A stretch of DNA of 64,000 nt from Capsulimonadaceae bacterium (GTDB lineage: Bacteria; Armatimonadota; Armatimonadia; Armatimonadales; Capsulimonadaceae), in the NCBI GenBank assembly GCA_965215505.1, contig OZ244065.1, positions 3,136,001 through 3,200,000 of the forward strand, given 5' to 3'. The position numbers and the translations under genes were made by a program. The notes below the pieces were generated by a model that was not told the origin of the DNA, did no database searches, and saw only the letters and a list, made by a program, of their open reading frames with translations. Position 1 is the stretch's first letter, and each line of letters starts with the position of its first letter. Shown piece by piece: positions 16,582 through 24,481 of the stretch.

Positions 16582-18186
16582 TTACGGCCCGGCGCTGACG
16601 GCGGTGACGCTCCACGGGTTGCCCACGCCGTTGTCGGTGTAGGGGCCGAAGCCCGCGACGGTGAAGTTGAAGGCACTGTCCATGCCCCAGAGCATCGCCC
16701 GATAGTCGGTGTTCCCCCACAGCAGGTGGCTCATCCCGTCCGGGCCGGTCGCGACCGCCTGCGCGCTCCACAGGTGCTGGGGCGTGTCGTCGGTGTACGG
16801 CCCGAAGCCCGCCAGCGTGAAGGAGAAGTCCGGGTTCACGTCCCAGAACATCGCCCGGCGGTCGGTGTTCGTCCACAGGATGTGCTGCACGTTGTCCGGG
16901 CCGACCGAGATGCCGGCCGCCGACCACAGGTTCTGGGGTGCCCCGTCCGTGTACGGTCCGAAGCCTGCCAGCGTGAAGCTGGAGTCCGGGTTCACGTCCC
17001 AGAGCATGACGCGGTTGTCCGTGTTGTTCCACAGGATGTGGCTCAGGCCGTCCGGCCCGGTGGACAGGGCGGTGGCCGACCACAGGTGCTGGGGGGTGTC
17101 GTCGGTGTAGGGGCCGAACCCGGCCAGCGTGAAGCTGAAGTCAGACTGGACACTCCACAGCATGGCCCGGTTGTCGGTGTTGCTCCACAGCAGATGCACG
17201 ACGTTGTCCGGCCCGACCGAGACGGCCGTGGCGCTCCACTTGTTCTGCGGTGCCCCGTCCGTGTACGGCCCGTAGCCCGCCAGCGTGAAGGTGCCGGCGT
17301 CGTTCACGGTCCAGAGCATGACGCGCCCGTCGGTGTTGTTCCACAGAAGGTGCGAGACGCCGTCCGCGCCGGTCGCCACCGCCGTCGCGCTCCACTTGTT
17401 CTGCGGCGCACCGTCGGTGTACGGGCCGAAGCCGTTGAGCGTGAAGGAGCCGTCGGCGGCGAGGCTCCAGAGCATGACGCGCCCGTCGGTGTCGTTCCAG
17501 AGCAGGTGAGTGTGAACAGTCGCCGGGGTGATCGAGGAGACGAAGATCAGGTTGCTCGCCTGGACGGCCGCGCCGGACTGGTAGTTGTTGATCAGCGGGA
17601 TATGGTCAAAGGGGGAGCCCTGGTTGGAAACGGGCACGGCGGCGATCTGGTCCATGACGGCGAGGCTGGCGGCGTCCGTGACCTTGCCGAAGACGGTGAA
17701 GCCGCCGTTCTGGTTGTCCAGGTTTGCGGCGTTCGAGTCGGACTCGTTGAAGAACCACTGGCTGGTGGCGCTGTTCGGATCACTGCCGACCTTCGCCATC
17801 GCGATCGTGCCGCGCGTGTTGGACAGGTGGAACTCATTGACGACGGGCGGGAAGGCGGTGATCGTCTGGACTTGGCCGTTCGGGAAGGTGTAGCCGCCCC
17901 CCTGGATGACGAAGCCCGGCGGCGAGCGGTGGATGAATGAGTTGTTGTAGGCACCCGTGGTGACGTAGTGAAGGAAGTTCGCCACCGTCTGCGGGGCCAC
18001 GTCCGGGTAGAGCTGGACGGAGATGTTGCCCAGGCTCGTGTGGAAGACGTAGACGGGGTCCGTGCTGCTCTGCGCGCGCGCCGGGGTGGCCGCGGCCCCC
18101 AGGACGAGGACGCAGAGGACGAGCGCGCGCGCCGGCGGGCAGGCGCGGAGGCAGGCGTTGACGAGGCTCAAGAGGCGGCGGGACAT
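16582..18186 (-). CDS. array A6: exported cyclophilin-type PPIase + six-repeat module
   Basis: AGGAG RBS. APQTVANFL.Y, FIHRS..GFVIQGG, SNTRGTIAMAK, SATSQWFFN, FTVFGKV. Module at 16582-17514. Confidence 0.9.
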   Translation of the reverse strand: MSRRLLSLVNACLRACPPARALVLCVLVLGAAATPARAQSSTDPVYVFHTSLGNISVQLYPDVAPQTVANFLHYVTTGAYNNSFIHRSPPGFVIQGGGYTFPNGQVQTITAFPPVVNEFHLSNTRGTIAMAKVGSDPNSATSQWFFNESDSNAANLDNQNGGFTVFGKVTDAASLAVMDQIAAVPVSNQGSPFDHIPLINNYQSGAAVQASNLIFVSSITPATVHTHLLWNDTDGRVMLWSLAADGSFTLNGFGPYTDGAPQNKWSATAVATGADGVSHLLWNNTDGRVMLWTVNDAGTFTLAGYGPYTDGAPQNKWSATAVSVGPDNVVHLLWSNTDNRAMLWSVQSDFSFTLAGFGPYTDDTPQHLWSATALSTGPDGLSHILWNNTDNRVMLWDVNPDSSFTLAGFGPYTDGAPQNLWSAAGISVGPDNVQHILWTNTDRRAMFWDVNPDFSFTLAGFGPYTDDTPQHLWSAQAVATGPDGMSHLLWGNTDYRAMLWGMDSAFNFTVAGFGPYTDNGVGNPWSVTAVSAGP

Positions 18187-18281
18187 GAAGCACTTACTCC
18201 TAGGACCGGATGAGATCGGACAAGATCGGACAAGATCGGTTGCGATGGCCGGTCGCGGCGGCGGGCCGGGACCGCAGGGCC

Positions 18282-18310
18282 ATTATAACACGGACGGGCG
18301 AACGGCGCAA
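18282..18310 (-). promoter_or_regulatory. sigma70-type promoter for A6
   Basis: TTGCGC-17-TATAAT with TG. Confidence 0.7.
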
Positions 18311-18324
18311 GGAAGCCGGACGAC

Positions 18325-18353
18325 AAAAACGGGCGCGGCCTCTGCCGCGCCCG
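18325..18353 (-). terminator. shared array terminator after A7
   Basis: AAAAACGGGCGCGGC-ctct-GCCGCGCCCG. Confidence 0.75.
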
Positions 18354-18375
18354 CTCCGACCCTTCCGCGCCTGGT

Positions 18376-21300
18376 TCACGGCCCGGCGGAAACTGCGGTG
18401 ACGCTCCACTGGTTCTGGTCAGCGTTATCGGTGTACGGCCCGTAGCCCGCCACGGTGAAGTTGAACGCCGAGTCCACGCCCCAGAGCATGGCCCGGTAGT
18501 CCGTGTTGGCCCACAGCAGGTGGTTCAGGCCGTCCGGCCCCGTCGCAAGGGCCGCGGCCGACCACAGGTTGCCGGGCGCGTTGTCGGTGTAGGGGCCGTA
18601 CCCGGCCAGCGTGAAGCCGAAGGAGCTGTCCACGTTCCAGAGCATCGCGCGCCGGTCGGTGTTGCTCCACAGCAGGTGCGTCACGTTGTCCGGCCCGACC
18701 GAAACCGCCGTGGCGCTCCACTTGTTCTGCGCCGCCCCGTCGGTGTACGGCCCGTAGCCGGCCAGGGTGAAGCTGAAGTCCGGGGCCACGTCCCAGAGCA
18801 TGACGCGCCCGTCGGTGTTGTTCCAGGCGATCCGGCTGACGTTGTCCGGCCCGGTGGCAACCGCCGCCGCCGACCAGAGGTTGTTCGCGCCGTTGTCGGT
18901 GTACGGCCCGAACCCGGCCAGGGTGAAGTTAAAGGACGGGTCCACGTTCCAGAGCATGACGCGCCCGTCGGTGTTGTTCCACAGCAGGTGCATCACGTTG
19001 TCCGGCCCGACCGAGACGGCCGTGGCGCTCCATTTGTTCTGCGCCGCCCCGTCGGTGTACGGCCCGTAGCCGGCCAGGGTGAAGCTGCCGGCGTCGTTCA
19101 CGGTCCAGAGCATGACGCGCCCGTCCGTGTTGTTCCACAAGAGGTGCGAAACGCCGTCGCCCCCCGTCGCGACGGCCGTGGCGCTCCACTTGTTCTGCGA
19201 GGCACCGTCGGTGTACGGCCCGAAGCCGTTGAGCGTGAAGGAGCCGCCGGGGGCGACGCTCCAGAGCATGACGCGCCCGTCGCCGTTGTTCCACAGAAGG
19301 TGCGTGTGTGTGACGCCCCCCTGGATGGTGAGGGACAGGGCGGCGGAGGTGCCGCCGCCGGGGCCTGGGTTCACGACGGTCACGGGGTACACGCCGACAG
19401 GAAGGAAGACGGACGACGGCAGGTAGAAAGTGAGCTGCGTCCTGTCGTCGCTGAGGCTCTCCGGGGAGAACACATGGCTGCCGAGGTGGATGACCGAGTG
19501 GTGCATGAAGTTGCCGCCGGTGAGCGTCACGGAGGAGCTGCTCCGGATGGGCTGCATGCTGCTCGGGCTGATGCCGGTGAGGACCGGCACGGGGTAGGGG
19601 CCGTCGGTGATGGCTTGGGTGGTGCCGGCCGTGCCGCCGCCGGGGGCGCTGTTGGTCACGCTGACGGTGACGAGGCCCGGCGCAGCCGCGTCCGGGCCGG
19701 AGGCGATCAGGCTGTAGCCGGAAATGAAGGCCGTGACCCGCGTCGGCGAAACATAGGTCGTGCTGAAGTTGAAGCCGCCCCAGTTGACGATGGTGCTGGG
19801 CGTGAACCCCGTGCCGTTGACGGTCAGGGTGAAGCCGGGGAGTCCGTCGGCGACAAGCGAGGGCGGGCTGATGCTCGTGATGGTGGGCGCTGGGTTGACG
19901 ACCGTGAGGGTCGGCTGGGGGGTACTCTGCGCCGCCCCGCGCTGGCCGGGGGTGTAGGCGTAGAACGTCAGGATCGTCCCGACGGTCATCTGGGCGGCCG
20001 GGAGGCGCACGGTGATCCGCGTGTGGTCGGAGGACGCCGACAGCACGGTGAGAGGGGTCTGACCGGGGGCGACGTAGCCGAAGGCGATCTGCGTCTCCGG
20101 GTAGAGGCCCGTGCCGGCCAGGGTGAGGGTGGTATCCGGGCTGCCGGCGGGCAGGGAGGCGGGGCTGACTGAGGTGAGGGTCGGGACGGGGCGCACCGGC
20201 AGGACGACATACGGCCCGGACCCGGCCCGGCCGTCCGGGTTCGTGACGGTGACGGTGTGCGTCCCCGCCGTAAGGTCCGCAGACGGGATGTGGGCGATGA
20301 TCTGCGTCTCCGCGTAGACGGTCGCCGTCAGGGGGACGCCGTCATAGGTGACGACGGCCCCGACCTGGAACCCGGTCCCCGTGATGTCCACCGTCTGGTC
20401 CGGGTCGCCGGCGTCCGGCGGCTGGGGCTGGATGAGCTGGATCGTGGGGGCGGCGGGGGCGGCCCGCCCCGCCGGCGTGAGCAGTAAGGCGTGAAAGCCA
20501 GACGCGGGCTGCCCCGCCGGCTGCCCGATCGCGGCGATCTGCCCGACGTCATTGATGCCGACGGCCTCCCACAACTGGAATGCGCCCGCGTTGGGTGCCT
20601 GTATGTGCAGGTTGAGGTCGTACATCAGCCCGGCTTGTTCCAGGAAAGCGCCCGAAGGCCCGTTGGAAAGGTAGCTCGTGCCCACCAGGTCCTTGGACGA
20701 GTTCAGCGCGGTGGGGTAGGTGCTGAAGGCGGGGAAAGCGGAGTTGCTCAACGAGTAGGGGTCGAAGAACAGCCCGCCGAGGTCCACGGCGCTTATGGTC
20801 GTGTCCGCCGGGTTGAAGGCGGACACATTGGCACTCGCCCAGAAGACCTGGGCGCTTGCCGGCAGTTGTCCGTCCGTCAGCGCCCCCGGAGGCGGCACGG
20901 GCGAGTCCGTGCCGGTGCCGGAGACGAAGTGCCCCGCGGTGGCCCCCAGGTGATCGGGAACCCAGACGAAGGGGTTGACGGACACCGTCGGCGTGGAGAA
21001 GTTCCCGTAAATGTCACCGTGCGCGTCCGTGCGTAGGAGTACGAACCTGTACCCAGAGTACAGCCCGTTCGGGTCGAAACCGGGCGGGTCGCCCAGCGGA
21101 ATCGAGTTCTGCCCGTCGTAAAGAGTCAGCACCCCGTTCAGGAGGCCGATGACACGCCCCGAGTCGTCCAGCAGGGACGGCACCAGCAGGCCGAGGTCCT
21201 TCATCTGCGGGTTGGAAGGGGCGCCGCCCGTGCCGCCCGGCGTCCACAGGAAGCCATGCGGGGGGTCGATGTTGCGGTAGCCCTGGGGGGTCAGGGTGAG

Positions 21301-21837
21301 CGCGTCCGCCGTCCCGAGGACCTGTCCGTGGTTGTTGATGGCGACGGCGGTCGTGCCGATGTCGGCCTGGCTGTTCGCCACCAATGTTCCGAGGTCCTGG
21401 ATCGTGCCCGATCTGTCATCCGGCGCAGGCGTCCACAGGAAGGCGTGGCTGACGGACACTAACTGCCCGTCGCTGGAGAACGAAGCTCTCACCTCGGACT
21501 GCCCGGTGATCTGCCCCTGGTCGTTCATCGCCACGGCGGCCCGGAAACCCTCGGCCGGGTAGGAGCCGGCCGGCCGGTTCTCCGGCAACGCCCCGACGTC
21601 TATCATGCCTCCTTGCGGACTCCAAAAAAAGATGTGGCCCGGCAGGCTCAGGTTGGTGGTCGAGGGGGTGGCGCTGCCGAATACCTGACCCGCCTGGTTG
21701 ATCCCCTGGGGCTGGGCGGAACCGCCCGGCGTGAGGCTCCCGAGGTCTTGAAGGGTGTACTGCGGGGCGGCGGCAGCAACTGGAAGGGCGGCGAGGCAGC
21801 AGAGCGAGAGCGCGGCGAGCAGCCGGAGGGGGGACAT
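18376..21837 (-). CDS. array A7: exported HAF-repeat-like + 4 IPT/TIG-like domains + six-repeat module
   Basis: YTLQDLGSL, GINQAGQV, HAFLWTP..QDLGTL, AINNHGQV, then repeated P.P.LTSISP...TLTG..F. Module at 18376-19308. Confidence 0.85.
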   Translation of the reverse strand: MSPLRLLAALSLCCLAALPVAAAAPQYTLQDLGSLTPGGSAQPQGINQAGQVFGSATPSTTNLSLPGHIFFWSPQGGMIDVGALPENRPAGSYPAEGFRAAVAMNDQGQITGQSEVRASFSSDGQLVSVSHAFLWTPAPDDRSGTIQDLGTLVANSQADIGTTAVAINNHGQVLGTADALTLTPQGYRNIDPPHGFLWTPGGTGGAPSNPQMKDLGLLVPSLLDDSGRVIGLLNGVLTLYDGQNSIPLGDPPGFDPNGLYSGYRFVLLRTDAHGDIYGNFSTPTVSVNPFVWVPDHLGATAGHFVSGTGTDSPVPPPGALTDGQLPASAQVFWASANVSAFNPADTTISAVDLGGLFFDPYSLSNSAFPAFSTYPTALNSSKDLVGTSYLSNGPSGAFLEQAGLMYDLNLHIQAPNAGAFQLWEAVGINDVGQIAAIGQPAGQPASGFHALLLTPAGRAAPAAPTIQLIQPQPPDAGDPDQTVDITGTGFQVGAVVTYDGVPLTATVYAETQIIAHIPSADLTAGTHTVTVTNPDGRAGSGPYVVLPVRPVPTLTSVSPASLPAGSPDTTLTLAGTGLYPETQIAFGYVAPGQTPLTVLSASSDHTRITVRLPAAQMTVGTILTFYAYTPGQRGAAQSTPQPTLTVVNPAPTITSISPPSLVADGLPGFTLTVNGTGFTPSTIVNWGGFNFSTTYVSPTRVTAFISGYSLIASGPDAAAPGLVTVSVTNSAPGGGTAGTTQAITDGPYPVPVLTGISPSSMQPIRSSSSVTLTGGNFMHHSVIHLGSHVFSPESLSDDRTQLTFYLPSSVFLPVGVYPVTVVNPGPGGGTSAALSLTIQGGVTHTHLLWNNGDGRVMLWSVAPGGSFTLNGFGPYTDGASQNKWSATAVATGGDGVSHLLWNNTDGRVMLWTVNDAGSFTLAGYGPYTDGAAQNKWSATAVSVGPDNVMHLLWNNTDGRVMLWNVDPSFNFTLAGFGPYTDNGANNLWSAAAVATGPDNVSRIAWNNTDGRVMLWDVAPDFSFTLAGYGPYTDGAAQNKWSATAVSVGPDNVTHLLWSNTDRRAMLWNVDSSFGFTLAGYGPYTDNAPGNLWSAAALATGPDGLNHLLWANTDYRAMLWGVDSAFNFTVAGYGPYTDNADQNQWSVTAVSAGP

Positions 21838-21908
21838 CGTTTGATCCTTTCGGAACCGATCATTGCAAGAGAATCCCCTTGCATGGGCTTTCGGACCAGG
21901 GCACGGCC

Positions 21909-21937
21909 ATTATAGCACGGCAGGCAAGGGAGCGCAA
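21909..21937 (-). promoter_or_regulatory. sigma70-type promoter for A7
   Basis: TTGCGC-17-TATAAT with TG. Confidence 0.7.
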
Positions 21938-21953
21938 GCAAGCCGGACAACAG

Positions 21954-21982
21954 AAAACGGGCGCGGCATCTGCCGCGCCCGT
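21954..21982 (-). terminator. shared array terminator after A8
   Basis: AAAACGGGCGCGGC-atct-GCCGCGCCCGT. Confidence 0.75.
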
Positions 21983-22006
21983 CCGTGTCTGCCGCCGAAG
22001 AGGCGC

Positions 22007-24238
22007 CTACGGTCCGGCGCTGACGGCGGTGACGCTCCACAGGTTGCCCGGCCCGTTGTCCGTATAGGGGCCGTAGCCGGCCACCGTGAAGTCGAAGGCG
22101 CTGTCCATGCCCCACAGCATCGCCCGGTCGTCCGTGTTATTCCACAGGACATGGCTCAGGCCGTCCGGCCCGGTCGCGAGGGCGGCGGCTGTCCAAAGAT
22201 TCAGGGGAACACCGTCCGTGTAAGGGCCATAGCCGGCCAGCGTGAAGCCGTAGGAGGCGTCCACGTCCCAGAACATCGCGCGCTTGTCCGTGTTGCTCCA
22301 CAACAGGTGCGTGGTGTTGTCGGGGCCGACCGAGACGGCGACCGCCGACCACAGGTTCTGCGCCGCCCCGTCCGTGTACGGCCCATAGCCGGCGAGGCCG
22401 AAGCTGAAATCGGCGGGGACGTTCCAGAGCATGACGCGGTTGTCCGTGTTGTTCCAGACGATGCGGCTGACGTTGTCCGGGCCGGTCGCAAGCGCGGCGG
22501 CCGTCCAGAGGTTTTGGGGGGTGCCGTCGGTGTAGGGGCCATAGCCGGCCAGGGTGAAGGTGAAGTCCGGCGCGACGTTCCACAGCATGACCCGGTGGTC
22601 GGCGTTGGTCCACAGCAGATGCACGACGTTGTCCGGCCCGACCGAGACGGCCGTCGCGCTCCACTTGTTCTGCGGTGCCCCGTCCGTGTACGGCCCGTAG
22701 CCCGCCAGCGTGAAGGTGCCGGCGTCGTCCACGGTCCAGAGCATGATGCGCCCATCCGTGTTGTTCCATAGAAGATGGGAAGCGCCGTCCGGGCCGGTCG
22801 CGACGGCGGTGGCGCTCCACTTGTTCTGGGGTGCGCCGTCTGTATAGGGGCCGAAGCCGTTGAGCGTGAAGGAGCCGTCGGGGGCCACGCTCCACAGCAT
22901 GACGCGCCCGTCACTGTTGTTCCACAAGAGGTGCGTGTGGCCGGAGGCGGGCGGAACGCCCCCGTACTCATACGCGCCGATGTCGGGGGGGCCAACGCGG
23001 GCCGCGCCGCGCTGGTCCGTCGCGGGCGCACCGGTCGCCGTCCCGGCGTCGATGCAGGGCGTGCCGGGCAGCAAGGCCCTCGTCTGGGTCAGGCCGCCGT
23101 TGCCCTGCAAGGGGCCGAGGCCGGGGTCGGCGCTGAGGTTGCCGCCGCCGTCGGTGTAGAGCGGCCCGCTCGCCGGCCCGCGCCCCGGCCCGTAGACGGC
23201 GGACGCGGCGATGTCGCAGTGGCTGATTGTCAGGCTGTTGCCCGCACCGCCCTGGTTGAAGAAGATCTCCTCGCCGCCGCCGCCGGGAGCCGCATCGCCG
23301 GAAAAGATGTCGTTGGTGAGCGTAGTCGTGCCACGGATGATCGCGATCGCCCCGCCGCCGCCGTAGACGTCGTCGTTGGTGGTGGCCTGGTTGCCGGTGA
23401 AGGTGCAGTTGGTCACGGTCAGGGTGCCATCCACGTTGGAGATGGCACCGCCGCCGTCGGTGCCGGCGACGTTGCCCACGAGGGTGCAGTCGGTCAGGGT
23501 CAGGTGGACGCCGCCATTGCCGTTGTAGATGCCGCCGCCGGGGCCACCGGAGGCGTTCCCCGAGAGCGTGCAGCCGATCATCGTGACCGGGCCATAGGTG
23601 AACAGGCCGCCGCCGACCTGCGAGGCGGTGTTATTGGCGAAGGTACAGCGGATCGCGGTCAGGTGGCCGTCGTTGAGCATCCCACCGCCGCTGCTGGCCG
23701 TGTTGTTCTGGAAAACGCAGTCCGTCATCGTGAGCGTCCCGAAGCGGTTCAAGAGGCCGCCACCGATGCCGGCCGTGTTGTTCTGGAAGATCAGGTGGCT
23801 GATGGAGGAGGTGCCGTTGTCGCTGCCGATGATCAGCTCCTCTTGGTCCACGTTGGCCGGGGCGAGGCTGCCGTCCAGTACCACGCCCGCCGGGGGGCCT
23901 TGGATGGTCACGCCGGTGTTGGTGATGAGCGCGGAGGAAACCAGGATGGTGCGCCGGGCGGCGAACACGGCGGGATCAAAGGTGATGACGTCGCCGTCGC
24001 CGTCGGCGACGGAGGCGTCGGTGGCCGCGCGCAGCGACCCCGGCCCGCTGTCGGCGACCGTGGTGACGACGAGGGTGGCGGCGCGGCCCGCCCCGGCCAG
24101 GCCGGAGCAGAGGACGAGCATCGGCAGGAGGGTCCAGGCGGGGCACCGCCGGTGAAGGGGAGTGGCGGGGCGGGTGCCTTCGGGAGTGGCCCGAGAACCG
24201 CTCTGAGGAACGCCAGGGGAAGTGACTGGTGACAGCAT
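22007..24238 (-). CDS. array A8: paralog of A4 (beta-helix / choice-of-anchor-Q-like) + six-repeat module
   Basis: [28 protein letters not shown]; colinear with A4. Module at 22007-22939. Confidence 0.87.
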   Translation of the reverse strand: MLSPVTSPGVPQSGSRATPEGTRPATPLHRRCPAWTLLPMLVLCSGLAGAGRAATLVVTTVADSGPGSLRAATDASVADGDGDVITFDPAVFAARRTILVSSALITNTGVTIQGPPAGVVLDGSLAPANVDQEELIIGSDNGTSSISHLIFQNNTAGIGGGLLNRFGTLTMTDCVFQNNTASSGGGMLNDGHLTAIRCTFANNTASQVGGGLFTYGPVTMIGCTLSGNASGGPGGGIYNGNGGVHLTLTDCTLVGNVAGTDGGGAISNVDGTLTVTNCTFTGNQATTNDDVYGGGGAIAIIRGTTTLTNDIFSGDAAPGGGGEEIFFNQGGAGNSLTISHCDIAASAVYGPGRGPASGPLYTDGGGNLSADPGLGPLQGNGGLTQTRALLPGTPCIDAGTATGAPATDQRGAARVGPPDIGAYEYGGVPPASGHTHLLWNNSDGRVMLWSVAPDGSFTLNGFGPYTDGAPQNKWSATAVATGPDGASHLLWNNTDGRIMLWTVDDAGTFTLAGYGPYTDGAPQNKWSATAVSVGPDNVVHLLWTNADHRVMLWNVAPDFTFTLAGYGPYTDGTPQNLWTAAALATGPDNVSRIVWNNTDNRVMLWNVPADFSFGLAGYGPYTDGAAQNLWSAVAVSVGPDNTTHLLWSNTDKRAMFWDVDASYGFTLAGYGPYTDGVPLNLWTAAALATGPDGLSHVLWNNTDDRAMLWGMDSAFDFTVAGYGPYTDNGPGNLWSVTAVSAGP

Positions 24239-24322
24239 TGGGAAAGTCCTTTCGGGGCCGCCGGTGGCTCCCGCGCCGAGATCTGGGGTTCCGCCGTCGG
24301 GGCGGACCCTGGTAGTCTTGCC

Positions 24323-24338
24323 TGCATAAACCGTGCCA
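24323..24338 (-). promoter_or_regulatory. sigma54-type promoter for A8
   Basis: Minus strand TGGCACGGTTTATGCA. Confidence 0.7.
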
Positions 24339-24359
24339 AGTGCGGGCAAGAGGGCGGGG

Positions 24360-24375
24360 TGTGACAAGAGTCACA
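24360..24375. promoter_or_regulatory. perfect CRP box upstream of A8
   Basis: TGTGA-CAAGAG-TCACA. Confidence 0.62.
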
Positions 24376-24425
24376 GGTGGGGCTGGCAGCGCAGCAGGGG
24401 GCTGCGGGCAAGGGAGCCGGGCGAC

Positions 24426-24454
24426 AAAACGGGCGCGGCCTTCGCCGCGCCCGT
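24426..24454 (-). terminator. shared array terminator after A9
   Basis: AAAACGGGCGCGGC-cttc-GCCGCGCCCGT. Confidence 0.75.
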
Positions 24455-24481
24455 CCTTGCTCTTCGCTCCCTCAGAGGCCC

